Origin: Octopus sinensis
Taxonomy: Eukaryota
Length of the DNA stretch: 64,000 bases
Reading direction: 5' to 3'
Assembly: GCF_006345805.1 (NCBI RefSeq)
Contig: NC_043002.1
Location: forward strand, 69,502,001-69,566,000
In this document: piece by piece, positions 51,254 to 64,000 of the stretch
Layout: each line of letters opens with the position of its first letter
Numbering within the stretch: the stretch's first letter is position 1
Made by a program: the position numbers and the translations under genes
Notes under the pieces: model-generated
Database searches by the model: none
What the model saw: only the letters and a program-made list of their open reading frames with translations
Told to the model about the DNA's origin: nothing

Positions 51254-51474
51254 TCACACACATACACACGCACACGAGTGGTGTTCATTAAAGATTTCCC
51301 TTGACCCACTTCCCAAGGACTGAGATAAAGGAAACTTGGCATAATTATTAGTCCTTCTCTACATAGCCACCACCAGTGGTGACACGCTTCTGTCGTCGCT
51401 TTATGCAGCTGTGAAGACTTCGTCTGTAGAGGTCGGTATGTTGCATCTGGAGCCAAGACTTTACCTTGGAAATA

Positions 51475-51990
51475 AGTTCATCATCATCTGAAAAGTGCTT
51501 CGCCATCAAATGAGGGCTTCACGGTTGGTAAGAGGTGGAAGTCAGATGGTGCGCGATCGGGAGAGTAAGGGGAATGAAGAAGGATTTCATAGTCACAGGA
51601 GTGTGCTTTCATCTGGGCAACATGCGTATTGTGAAATGGGGTGTTGTCTTGGAGGAGGCAGACTCTTTTGGTCAGCATCCCACGCCTCTCTGCTATGATG
51701 GCGTCCCGCAATTTCTGCAGCAGAGAAGCATAAAATGCCTCGTTAATTGTGGTGCCAGAAAATACATCATCACTACTCTGCGCTGGTCTAAAAAGATTGT
51801 GAGCATCACCGTGCCTGCTGAGAGTTGGACACGAGCTTTCTTTGGAGGTGGTGAGTTATGCTTCCATTACTTCGACTGGACTTTAGTCTCAGAATCATAG
51901 TGATGGACCCATGTTTTATCCTGTGTAATAAGTCTGCCGAAAATTCCTCCAAAAGGGCCACATTAGAGCGGATTGCCCTAAAAATACCAG
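51475..51990 (-). mobile_element. Mariner transposase remnant
   Basis: ETWVHHYDSETK, LLQDNTP, HSPYSPDRAPSDFHL; frameshifted. Confidence 0.8.
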
Positions 51991-52589
51991 CATACACAGG
52001 AGAAGATCGAGAAGAAGGAATTGGTGGAAGAGGAGGAAACTGACGAGGAAAGATGGAGAGTAGCTGGAAGGAGAGAACAGAGGAAGAGGAAGAAGGACAG
52101 TCAAAGTGGACCCCAACCCGTACCCCCACCCATACCCTCTCAACGCCCCCCCACTGCAGACACCAAACCCACCCATTCCCCACCGACACAAAAACGAATA
52201 AAGAAATACAAACATACAAAAACCGCGTGGTTCCCCTCCCATGTGTTATGCTTATGTTTTCTGTAAAGGTGTAGATGGGAGACTGATAGAGAAATTATCA
52301 CAGTGGAAGGATTGTAAATATGAAAGGAAGTAAATAAAGAAGATACGGTCGCATGCGCATTGGTACCGGAAGGTCGCATGAGGGAGGTGATGGAATACAA
52401 AGAAGGTTTTAGATATAGAAAAGTGGTTTGTGATTTAAAGGAAATATCAAAAGGAATAGAAAACAGAGAGTTAGAAGAACGACAAGGTATAAACATGAAC
52501 TGGATATAAAAAGGAAGTAAATGATGCTGGTGAGGTGGGGGTACGTAGCACGTTTACGTATATCTATGTACGCCTTTTATAGGCAATAA

Positions 52590-53535
52590 ACGCAACGAAA
52601 CGTTTGATGAGGAAATGACCAGTGAGTGGTCAGCTCGAAAAAGGCTTAAATGATTTCACAGTGGAGACCTGAGCCTTGAAGATCGTGAGTGTAGTGGACG
52701 CCCATCTGTCAGCGATGACGGTCAATCAAAGACCACCATTGAGAAAGATCCACGTAAAACTACTCGAGAACTGGCAAAAGAACTTCAAGTTAACCAGAAA
52801 ACTGCTTGTAACCATTTGCATGCGATCAGAAAATGAAAACGGCTCGATAAATGGGTACCATACGATCTGAATGAAAATCAGAAAATGCGCAGATATGAAA
52901 TTTTATCGTAATTTCTTCTCCGTAACCAGAGCGATCCATTTCTTGACCGTATTGTAACTTGCGATGAAAAGTGGATTCTGTACAATAATAGAAAACGTTC
53001 TTCGCGGTGGTTGGACCAAAATGAAGCACCAGAAACCTTCCCTAGATCCGAGCTCTTCAAAAAGAAGGTTATGGTGACTGTTTAGTGGTGTACTGCTGGA
53101 CTAATCCACTATAACGCCTTAAAGCCCGGAAAAAACCATTGCTGCAGAAACATTGCCATGAAATTGCCAAAATAAAACGAAAAACTGCTACTTCTCCGTA
53201 CCAGATTGGTCAACAGAAGAGGGCTAATCATTCTTCATGACAATGCTTGACCACACGTTTCACTAATGACTCTCCGGAAGTTGAGGGAACTTGGCTACGA
53301 AGTTCTTCCCCACCCAGCTTATTACCCAGACTTTTCTCATACCGACTACCACTTTTTCAAGCTCCTTGATGATTTCCTGCGAGGGAAGGAGTTAAAAAAT
53401 CAAACCGATGCTGGAAGTGCCTTTAAAGAGTTCATCAGCTCCAGAACTCCAGATTTTTATGTTACCGGAATAAAGAAACTTGTAACTCGTAGGCAAAAAT
53501 GTGATGATAGTATTGGTACTTACGTTGATGAATAA
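52590..53535 (+). mobile_element. Mariner (cecropia/Hsmar1-like) transposase pseudogene
   Basis: SLEDRECSGRP, KWVP, RIVTCDEKWILYNN, HDNA, HPAYYPDFSHTDYHFF. Confidence 0.85.
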
Positions 53536-53829
53536 AATTTCCGCATTGTTGAAATATAATGTAATGAATTTCATGTTTCAAAAGGTTGCTTTTGAGGTTG
53601 TTTATACATTTGTGTGTGTGTATGTGTGTGTGTGCGCGTGTGTGTGTGTGTGTATGTCTATGTGTATGTGTATAAAGGTCATTAATAATGAAAAGTTGGA
53701 TTTTCTTATGCGCCAAGTTTGACAGTCATTAACTTTAACGTTTTATCCTGACAATTCTTTGTTTTATAACATTGAAGAGTTACATCATCACTTTTTGAAA
53801 TGCAATTCATTGTGTCTAATTATATTGTG

Positions 53830-54860
53830 AGTTTTCTCTTGTAAATCAATTTTTGTGAACCCATGGATATGAGTTCCTTCGTGGAACCAGTGCATCCCAG
53901 ACAGCTCGAAACATCAATGAGGTGTTTGGTGAAGATATGACAAATGAGCGCACTGTACATCAATGGTTTGAGAAGTTCTGGTCCGGTGGCTTTACTCTTG
54001 AAAATGAGCCCCCTGGTAGACCTGAAACCAAGGTGGATAATGATGAACTGGAAACTGTAATGGAAAGGCATGCATCTCAAACTACGCGTGAGTTAGCAAC
54101 AAGGTTTGATGTTTCGATTCCAACTGTATTGTATCATCTGAAACAAATTGGCAAGGTAAAGAATCTGGACAAGTGGTTACCACACGAACTGAACGAGCAT
54201 CAAATGACACGTCATCTTGAAACTTGCTGTTCTTTGCTGTCTCAGCATAAAAGCGAAGCGTTTTTGCATCGTATTGTTACGTGTGATGAAAAATGGATTC
54301 TTTTCAACAATAACAAGCGTTCTGCATGGTGATTTGATAGAGGCGAAATTGCCAAAACAATCCAAAAAAGAATATTCACAAAAAACCTAATGGTGTCTGT
54401 TTGGTTGTCCAGCGCTGGTATCATCCACTATAGCTTCATGAGACCCGGTAATTCAATTACAGTGGATGTATACATCAACCAGTTGGTTGAAATGATGAGT
54501 GAACTTCCAGTTAAGCGACAGAGATTAGTCAATAGAGACAGGCGAATTCTCTTGGAAGACAATGCTCGACCACATATTGCACAAAGAACGCTGTTCAAGT
54601 TACAGTAACTGAACTTGGAAGTACTCTGTCATCCACTATATTCACCAGACCTTGCCTCAACTGACTATCATGTTTTTCATGCATTAAACAGCTTTTTGCA
54701 AGGAAAGAACTTCAAATCTGAAGATGCAAAAACAGCCTTTCATGATTTCATCATCGATTGTTCTCCAGAATTATTCGCTGCCGGTATAAATAAGCTACCG
54801 ATAAAATGGCAAAATTGTGTTGATAATACTTTGATTAACTGCATTGCTTTTTGATGAGAT
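53830..54860 (+). mobile_element. Second mariner (cecropia-like) transposase pseudogene
   Basis: LENEPPGRP, KWLPHEL, RIVTCDEKWI, EDNARPH, HPLYSPDLASTDYH; internal stops. Confidence 0.85.
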
Positions 54861-54944
54861 AAAGTAAAATAAATTTCTAGTTCAAAATAGGATATTTCAT
54901 TCTTAATGACCTAATATATACACATACTTATATATATAAAACAA

Positions 54945-55815
54945 GAACAAAATGCAACTGAACGAGGGAAAATTTGAGTTGATGCATTTTGGAAGAAAGT
55001 CTATACTAAAACAGCCATACTCTCTTCCTTTAGTGGAACCACTCACGGCATCTAATAATATCGGAGCCCTGGGTGTAATTGTTGATAATAATCTCAGTTG
55101 GAGTGCCCAGATCAACGATAAGGTCGATATAGCTCGTAGGAAGAGCTCCTGGATCTTAAGAACCTTCCGGTCCAGAGAACACGGTGTCATCATTCCACTT
55201 TTCTCCTCCTTTGTACGGCCACACCTCGAATACTGCTGCCCCTTGTGGTCTCTCCATACAAAACAAAACATCTCGAGGATTGAATCACACCAGAGGGCAC
55301 TCACTAAACGAATTGAAGGCATGACTGATCTTGATTACTGGGACCACCTTAAAGCCTTGAAACTCTACTCTCTCCAGCGCCGCCGGGAGCGGTACATCAT
55401 TTGTACGATGTGGAGAATATACTGCCAGCATTAACCAAACGACTTGAACATTAGTTTCAAGGTTCATCCAAGGCTGGGACCACGGACCATAGTCCCCTGC
55501 CCAATTCAGGATCACAACATATAGGTACACTGCGACATAATTTATTTTCCTCAACAGGCCCTGCCCTATTTAACATTATGACTAAACAAATCAAAGAGGA
55601 AAAAGATCCCATCACCTTTAAACGGAGTCTGGACATATTTCTTCAAGGAATACCAGGTAAGCCACCCATATCCGAATACAACTCACTCAACAAGAACTCA
55701 CTACTTGAATGGACCATAAACAAAACTTGACTTAAACAGGATTTAAATAACCCTATCAGGTGGTGTTATTAAGTTAGACATGGACTGGACCAATCTTTGG
55801 TCGAAACATATCTAA
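54945..55815 (+). mobile_element. CR1-type LINE 3' fragment
   Basis: MQLNEGKFELMHFG, LGVIVDNNLSW, VRPHLEYCCPLWS, LYSLQRRRERY; a similar 3' terminal segment recurs at about 11505-11610. Confidence 0.8.
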
Positions 55816-55865
55816 GTATATATATATATATGAGATACATATCTACTAATATGTAAGCATATATT

Positions 55866-55900
<35 letters not shown>

Positions 55901-56130
55901 GCATATATCATATATAAATATCTATACATAAACACACACACATACACACATATATATATATATGTATATATCTCTATAACTATGCCTCTATCTGTGATGT
56001 ATAACTATATACATCACTCTACATATATCTGTCTTTGTCTGTCTGTCTGTCTGACTACCTGTCATTCCCACTCTCGCTCTGAATATATGTATATGTTTAG
56101 TATACACACATACATACACACACACGCGCG

Positions 56131-56185
<55 letters not shown>

Positions 56186-56834
56186 GCACACACACACGCA
56201 CAAATATTTACAGGAGCCTAACGTATGTTTATGAAACTAAAATAGTCTTAAATCTGAAAGCAATTTTGAAGATGCAGAACACGTGCGATATCATATAGGA
56301 CAGTTAAATTCTCCAGCAGTTCTGGTGCGTCGGCGAATGCCAAGCAGGCATGCAGGCAGACAGGCAAATGTACCACTTACTCTTTTATGCTTTATTTAAT
56401 CTCATATTTCCTTTGTCCTCATTGTTGGATGTTCAGCCGTCTCTGGTTGTTTTATGAAGAAGCCGTTGAAATAGCAGCTGCTGCGGTATGCGTCTCATGT
56501 TCAGTATGCTGCTGTTGTTTTTGTTCTTGGTGTTGTTGTCATTGTTAATTCTGGATGTACATATTTCATTCTCTTATCTTTCACTTGTTTCAGTGAGTGA
56601 TTGGACTGCGGCCATACTGGGGCACCGCCGTGAAGAGTTTTGTTCGAGGAAATAAACATCAGTACTTATTTTCCCTCCTAGGTCTGGTTCAGATTCTATC
56701 GGTATCTTTTACCGAACCGTTAGTATGTGGGGACACAAACAAACTAGCACCGGTTGTCAGGTGGTTTGTGGAGCGTAAGCACAGAGAGAAAGTCTCTCTT
56801 TCTCTCTCACACACATACACAATCGCACTAACAC

Positions 56835-56889
<55 letters not shown>

Positions 56890-57117
56890 TTTATTTATTA
56901 TATAGAAGGAGCTTCTACAGGACTAGAACTGTTTCATTCAAGAGAAATCTTCAGGAAGCTAGTTAACAAGAATTGTATTGGCATTTATACATTTAGGCAG
57001 GTTTAAAGGGGTGTTGGTGGGGGACTTTTTGGGGGTAGGCATAGCGCAAAAAATCATACTTGGGGGAGTGGTCAAGGAGTCAGTGTTAAATTAGATAGGA
57101 GAATTATATATATATAC

Positions 57118-57332
57118 CAGGAACTGAAAAGTTCCTGACTTTGGGTAAAAGAAAATACAGGAAGAACAGTTAATTATGATTTTATTCAACATATTCCCCT
57201 CTCAGATTCATATACTTATTGCAGTGGTCCTTCAGTTTTTCTATGCCCTGTAAAAGAACTCGGAAGGTTGGACCTCCAACCAGGCCTTTTGTGATACCCT
57301 TAAAACCAGGAAGTTTTCAGCATCCCCTTGTA
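57118..57332. mobile_element. Mariner-type MITE, same family as 17381
   Basis: Colinear match with TIRs. Confidence 0.75.
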
Positions 57333-57729
57333 TGTATATATGTAGATATGGGGGTTGAAGGAGATTTAGCAGTTAGTTCTCGCTTGTCGACCGACCATAC
57401 AGACACTATTTTTATACGTTATTATTGTACATCCAACATGGATGAAATATTTCGTATATATAGGAAGATTTCTAATTAGTTTTTGTTATATATAAAATCA
57501 GTTTTATAAAATATTTTAACTGCGACAGCCTTGTGATAGTTTAGCTAATAATGGCTTGACTAAAACGGGCATAGCAATAAAATATAAGTTTAGATATAAT
57601 GAACACCTTGTGAGCATACATACGATGCGGGCATCGAAAGAAATAATTGAATGGTAGCCCAGTAGGACTGAGACACTCTAACCTATTTTGTATTTACTGA
57701 TTCTTGAGCCACAACTGCGGAAACAAGAG

Positions 57730-58135
57730 ACATTGAGATGAATCCCGTGCACACTAGGATGCGGGAAAACCGTCGGCATACGCGGACCTAGCCACACCGA
57801 AGCACTGCTCTTAGGGATTTCACGGAAGTGAAAGGAGCTAAAGTCAGAAACGAAGTCAGTAGACCCGAAGCTCTGCACATGGAGGGGCAGGCCCATGCTT
57901 TCCGACTGCGTTGGGGAGCGCTGGACGGATGTATCAGTTATAGTGCTCGAGGTCTGGTTTGGTCCAGACGTCCATGTTGAGAAGAAATGAGACGAACCGA
58001 TGATTAGGGTATCCAATCGCACCCAGAAATAGGACAAGAGAATGCTATCCCTGAAGGTGCGGATAGAAGCGGTGAGCGCTTACATCACCTCCGTCATATC
58101 GCCTGACCATCGTGCTTTGCCCCAGCTCAAACCTC
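57730..58135 (+). mobile_element. L1/Tx1-like LINE RT C-terminal remnant
   Basis: Stop-containing frame WTD..VIVLEVWFGPD..VEKK*..KRMLSLKVR..AYITSVI / RLTIVLCP, resembling the post-RT region of Tx1-type elements. Confidence 0.55.
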
Positions 58136-58360
58136 ACATGATTGCTGAAACTTGAAAAAGTTGATGAGAGTTGGGCCAAAGAGGAAGATAACTGTATTCA
58201 GACTTTTTTTTGTATTGTTCCAGCAAATTTGTTGAATGTTGGATGACAGTGACAGTTCAAATCCCGCCGAGGCTGACTTTGCCTTTCATCCTTTCGGGTT
58301 CGATAAAATAAGCATCAGTTGAACTCATTCCCTCCCCCAAAATTGCTGCTCTTGCGGCAA

Positions 58361-58426
<66 letters not shown>

Positions 58427-58427
<1 letters not shown>

Positions 58428-58694
58428 GCCTTTGCACAGCTTCTAACGCTGGAGATGTATTACAGTGTCAGCTGTTCACTACCAGTGAACTAAGGTAACA
58501 CCTCTTTTTTTTCGAGCACCCTCGGGACTATTCGAGCGGTTCCAAGGAGTGCTGTTTTCTGCAAGTGCTCCACCCTTATTGCAGCCTCTATTTGTTCCAC
58601 GTAGTTCTCAAGACTTTTGCTCACTGTTCCCAGGGCTTCGACAATTATTGGTACTACTGCTACCTTCTTCATCGACCACAACTGCTTAACTTCC

Positions 58695-58698
<4 letters not shown>
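58427..58698 (-). mobile_element. R4/Dong-like 3' fragment (subfamily a)
   Basis: WSMKKVAVVPIIVEALG..LQKTALLGTARI; (TAA)n on both sides. Confidence 0.8.
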
Positions 58699-58760
<62 letters not shown>

Positions 58761-58761
58761 T

Positions 58762-60399
58762 TTTTTTTTCTTCTTTCAAATTTGCTTCCATTTCTTGCCG
58801 AGTGTCTTCCCGACTCCTAGGGCAAAGAAACTCATAGTATACATTGGTAGGCCATTAAACCAAACTCAATAGTTCGTTCATTTTTTTTTTTTTTTTTTAA
58901 GTTAAATTAAAATACATGAGCAGCAACAGTTCTCACATCGACAATGCTCTTCTCAATACGTGTGATGTACCAGTTAAGACAATCTTTTGCACTTCTTGCA
59001 GGGATGGTAAGCCAGTGATCATTCTCATATAATTTTCGGTTCCCTTCTTGATCATTCCTAGTGCTCCTACGATCACTGGTATTGTAACCGCCTTGAGATG
59101 CCACATTTTCTCAATTCAATGAGTAGGTCTTTATATTTTCTGAGCTTGTCAAACTCTTTCGCTGAGATATTATGATCACAGGGGATGCTCATGTCGATCA
59201 ATAAGCAAACTTTATTGTTTTGGTCTTTCACAACAATATCTGGTTTATTGGCCTTGATGGTTCGGTCTGTATGTACTGGAAAGTCCCACAGAATGGTTAC
59301 ATTTTCTCCTTCAGTTACAGCCTCAGGGTGGTGATTATACCACTTGTCGGCAGTTTTGATATTGTAATGCCGACTTATTAGCCAGTGGAGATATTGGCCA
59401 ACTCTGTCATGTCTTAATTTATACTCACTGGTGCTAAGACTTTACATCCAGAGATTAGGTGGTCCACTGTTTCAATCATGTCGTTGCAGAATCGGCATTT
59501 TGGGTCTGCTCCATTTTTCATCACATAGGCCTGGTAGTTCCGGGTTAATAGGCTTTGATCTTGAGCAGCCAGGATGAAACCTTCGCTCTCTGCTTTTAGC
59601 CCTGAGCTCCGTAGCCACTGATGGGTTTGCTTCTGGTCAACATCAGCTTGTTTGCTGCGGGTCACATATTTGCCGTGCAGAGGTTTCTCCTCCCACCTAT
59701 CAGCCAATTGCTCGTGCGCTTTCTTCATTGCCATCATTTTCACCTTCTTTGCAACAATAGTTGCCATACTTCCCTCGGGTTGTTCAGTTTGGGTATCCTG
59801 CACGAGATCAATAGCAAATTTTTTGCTTTCCTTTATGATAGAATGAAGCTTCTTTCGTCTCTCGTGATTTTCCACGAGCTTTAGCATCCAGTCATTCGAT
59901 ATTTCGAGATATTTGGCCAGTCCAATTGTGGTTGTTTTGTAAGCTAGTTCAAATTGGATGAGGCCTCGACCTCCTTGGGCTCTGGGAAGGTAAACGGCGA
60001 TCTACGTCTGCCTTTGGGTGGTGCATCCTATTACAACTCAGCAGCTTGCGTATTTTTCTATCTATATTCTTTACTTCACTCATATTCCAGTTCAACACAT
60101 TGTAGCTATAAGTAACAACTGGAATTGCTAAGGAATTTATAGCTAACACCTTGTTACGTGCATTTAGTTCAGATTTCAGGACTGCACGAACTCTCCTATA
60201 ACATTCCTTCTGATTTTCTCTTTCATGCTTGCATGCTGAATACCAGAGCCTTCATTTATCCCTAAATATTTGTATGTTTGTTCTTGCTCAAGCTCTCTTA
60301 TGACTGTGTCAACATCTAACACGACTGAATTTGTGGTCTTCACTTTCCCTTTCTGGAAAGTGGCCTTGGCACACTTCTCAAGTCCAAACTCCATCCCGA

Positions 60400-60400
<1 letters not shown>
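58762..60400 (-). mobile_element. R4/Dong-like LINE, 5'-truncated (subfamily b)
   Basis: MEFGLEKCAK, TYKYLGI, HPKADVDR, SEGFILAAQDQ, CRFC..ETVDHLISGC, KPDIVV..LIDMSIP; (TAA)n on both sides. Confidence 0.88.
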
Positions 60401-60465
<65 letters not shown>

Positions 60466-60468
60466 TAC

Positions 60469-60517
<49 letters not shown>

Positions 60518-60518
<1 letters not shown>

Positions 60519-61030
60519 TATTTCTCTTTATCACAGGTTTTGTTGCAGCTCCTAGAGTCTTACATACGTAGCGGGCTTGCTTACCTGCATCCTACAGCAC
60601 CATGCTATCCATTCTTTTCAGCTATCTACTATTTTCCTGATAATTCTGGCTGTGCCAAGGAAGCAAACCTTTTGTAACAGTTCTGCCGGGCACTCTACTC
60701 CAATTTCCTTTATATTCCTCTTGATGTCTTCTGATACTGTTCCCATGGACCCAACAACAATTAGCACTATCTTCACCTTCTTCATGTTCCATAGCCGGGA
60801 TATTTCGTACTTAAGAGGGTTGTATTTATCTATGTTTTTGCCTTTCTTCTTGACCATTCGTGGGTCAAAGAGGCATACAACGTCAACTATATATCATATG
60901 TGGTGCACCTTGTCCACCACCACTAGGTCCGGTCTGTTATACTGTAGCACCTGACCTGTTTGGATTGGGAAATCCCAGAGGATTTTGCTAGTTTCCGACA
61001 CCACCACTATCTGATTTGTACTCATACCAA
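60518..61030 (-). mobile_element. R4/Dong-like 3' fragment (subfamily c)
   Basis: LWDFPIQT, RPDLVVVD, KY..LKYEISRLW, LLQKVCFLGTARIIRK; 3' end abuts (TAA)n. Confidence 0.8.
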
Positions 61031-61551
61031 GTCTTACTTCTCTCTAGCCCCCACTTTTCGCACCTTGGGCAAGTGGTTTCCACTATAGCCTCAGGCCGAC
61101 CAAAGCCTCATGAGCTGTGAATGGATTTGGTTGACTGAAACTGAAAGAAGCTTGTCGTCAATACACACACACACGCACAAACACACACACATACATACAT
61201 GCATACATACATACATACAACATACATACATACATACTACATACATACATACATACATACATCCTTACCTTCGAAACGCGGATTAGATGAAACAGGGACA
61301 ACTGAAGAAGGGGAATATTCTTTATGTTGTATGTCTCGTTTCTTTGTTTTTTTCGTTGTTTGAAAAAAAGTTCGTTTCTATGTTTGTATTTTTATGTTTT
61401 CGTTTCTCATTGTGTTCAACGTTTTTTTAATGTCCTGTACCCATATATGCATGTGTATATATATATATATATGTAAGTGTGTACATATATGCATATATTT
61501 ATATATTATTTATATTATATTACATATATATATATATATTATATATATATA

Positions 61552-61691
<140 letters not shown>

Positions 61692-62120
61692 TTATGCATT
61701 ACGTTTTTATCTCTAGATTTGTTTCGGCTATTGAAACTCAGCCATCATAGGGCAGCTCATCGAAAGGTTTACTCAATCAACTTAACCTCAATACTGAGAT
61801 CGATGAAACATGTCAGTACTGGAGTTATTTTGAAATCGATTGAACATGTAAGAAACTTTTCTCATCGATATCTTTAGGCTGAACCGCTTAACAATAAGAA
61901 CATAACAAGTCAAAACTCGTTTCAAGCTTTGAGAAAAATTACAAAAATATACACACGTATGCACATACACAATACACACACATAGGTACACAGAGACAGA
62001 CAGACACACACACACACACACACACACTCACAAACACATATACATACGCGCTTACATCTATCTAAATCTCTCTCTGTCGCTGTACATATATATATATATA
62101 TATATTATATATAAATTTAA

Positions 62121-64000
62121 TTATACCGAGGACTTATAATCCCTTAAGGGATGTTTGCATCCTTGTTTCCGGTTTTTACTGAGGTTTTCCGAAAATCTGC
62201 TCAGGGCTGTTAAACAGAAAATTCCATTTTACAGAACTATTTTTGGGCTCAAATAACCGCCCACCTATAATAAACGCCCAAGGGCGGTAATATGGAAGTA
62301 AAATATTTCACCCAAGAAAAACAGAGATATTCTCAAAAACCATATTTATTTTATATAATTCCATTGAACTTCTATCGTTTCAGTTATCAGATATACGGAC
62401 ATAAAGAAAGTGAAACCCCCTAAAAGAAGTAGCATATTAAAAATATTCTGAAGTTAACAATGGATCTATTAGGAAATATTGAAAATTAAACTGTTGAAAA
62501 CATGAATAGAAGCCTCATATGAACAAATAATGTCCCTGGGCATTTATGGTAGAATAATAACCGAATAGTTTCAAGTTAAATATCATGAATTTCTTTATTT
62601 GTTGCTTGGCTATAATTCACATCAGAGCAAATTTTATTTACTTGTATCTTATCTTCTTCAATTTTGTCATTATGTGCATCTGGTGCATTTACCTCAAGGT
62701 CAGACAAAATATCCTGTAAGCGTGAGTTTAAGATGCTATGTTCAACAGTCTGTCCCCGAGGAGCAATTCCACAACATTCAAAAGCACGCTTTATAGTTTC
62801 TTTATTTAAAGTGGCAGCAGCTTGGGTCACAAAATACACTATCTCTTGATAAGAAGGTTTTTTGCGATATCCTTTATTTGTCTACACCATTTTGCCATTT
62901 GAAAACTAATTCTCCCATTCAGCACGAAGGGACCACTAATTGAAAGGACCAATAATTGGTACATCTAACGGCTGCAAGTAAGATGTTGTTTTAGGAAGTA
63001 TAAGTTTGAGAATTGTATTCCTACGTTTGAACACTTCTAAGAGCCCTATTTTCTTGTGCACTGAGCATTCATCCATGAATAACACTGAACTTTGAGCATG
63101 GAATAGTTGTGTTGTTCTCTGCCCAAACACTTTGTCAGCCCACAGCTGCATGTGTTCATATGTGATTGATCCCCTGTTGGAGACTGTTAAGTAAATATTC
63201 TTTAGGACATTGATTTTAGGCATGTTTTTCAATCCTTTAAGGATAATCATTGTTTCAACACCTTTCCTGCAGCATTAATACAAAACACAGCAGTAAAACG
63301 AGCTTTGGTAGCACCACAGTGGCTAGCGTCTACATTTTTATTGCCAACAAAGTCTATGGTTGTTGAACTCAACATGTCAACGTATACAGGTGTTTCATCC
63401 ATATTTTAAATCTGGTCGGTATCCTTGTCTGCTGTTAATACTGGAATGCTATCTAGATAGTCACTGGCGATTTGTGCCTTTTCTCCCAGTGTTTTATTGT
63501 CTGCTTGACCAACATGTGTAATCTTTCTCACAGTCAGTTTTTTTCCGTTTCATGCAATTGAAAATCCATTTATCAGAACATCTAAACCTCTTCATTTCAA
63601 TTCCAAACCATTTTACCAATTCAAATGTATATTTCCGTAAACGGCAGTAATTTACAATTATATTGTTTGCACGCTGAACAACAATCCACTGTAAGAGTTC
63701 AATCTCTAGATCCCTATGTGCTGGTCCTCTACCTTCACCAATTGATCTGTGCCTTCTCTTGTCTGATATATGGATTAACTCAGTTTCTTTTTGTGCACCA
63801 TTCTCTCAATCGTTTTCTATCAATACCTGTCGCTTTACGCAGCAGATAAATTGCCAGAATGTTCTTTCACTCGTATAATAGCATTCAATTTTTCACCAAT
63901 GGTATATGATCGTTGAACACGTTTTGATATATTTTATTTCGACTCCATTATTGGGAATAAAAATCCTTTGAATTTATCTACAGACGTAAAAAGAAGTAGA
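62121..64000 (-). mobile_element. Pogo/Tigger-like DNA transposon, degraded; other end outside window
   Basis: NMDETPV, VLFMDECSVHK, SYLQPLDV DDD motifs with an upstream HTH-like segment; TA-CCG terminus near 62121; related terminal fragment at about 16845-16900. Confidence 0.8.

Overview
This is AT-rich, repeat-dense eukaryotic DNA. The tRNA-headed SINE families and microsatellite load suggest an octopus or other coleoid cephalopod (inference). One host gene is present. I reconstructed it by hand on the minus strand: a 14-coding-exon, 512-aa group II PLP-dependent decarboxylase of the CSAD/GADL1/GAD family (CDS 27638->12041). All introns are GT-AG and all phases are consistent. A probable TATA/Inr promoter and non-coding first exon lie at about 36625-36703. 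The enzyme keeps its catalytic residues but has an unusual substrate-pocket triad (Y/A/H) and an N-terminal NG[YH]T repeat. About 1.7 kb upstream of that promoter is a ~540-bp fold-back (38398-38933) with a 175-bp ungapped stem. Its transition mismatches are skewed 12:3 toward G-U pairs on the + strand, suggesting a long hairpin RNA locus; this is the most interesting signal in the window. The rest is transposon-derived: two arrays of R4/Dong-like LINEs on (TAA)n tracts, a Chapaev3-like DNA transposon with TIRs and a TTA TSD, three mariner fossils plus MITEs, a pogo element, CR1 and L1/Tx1 fragments, several SINE families and many microsatellites. TE and SINE boundaries are approximate; exon boundaries were read base by base. 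No database searches were run.
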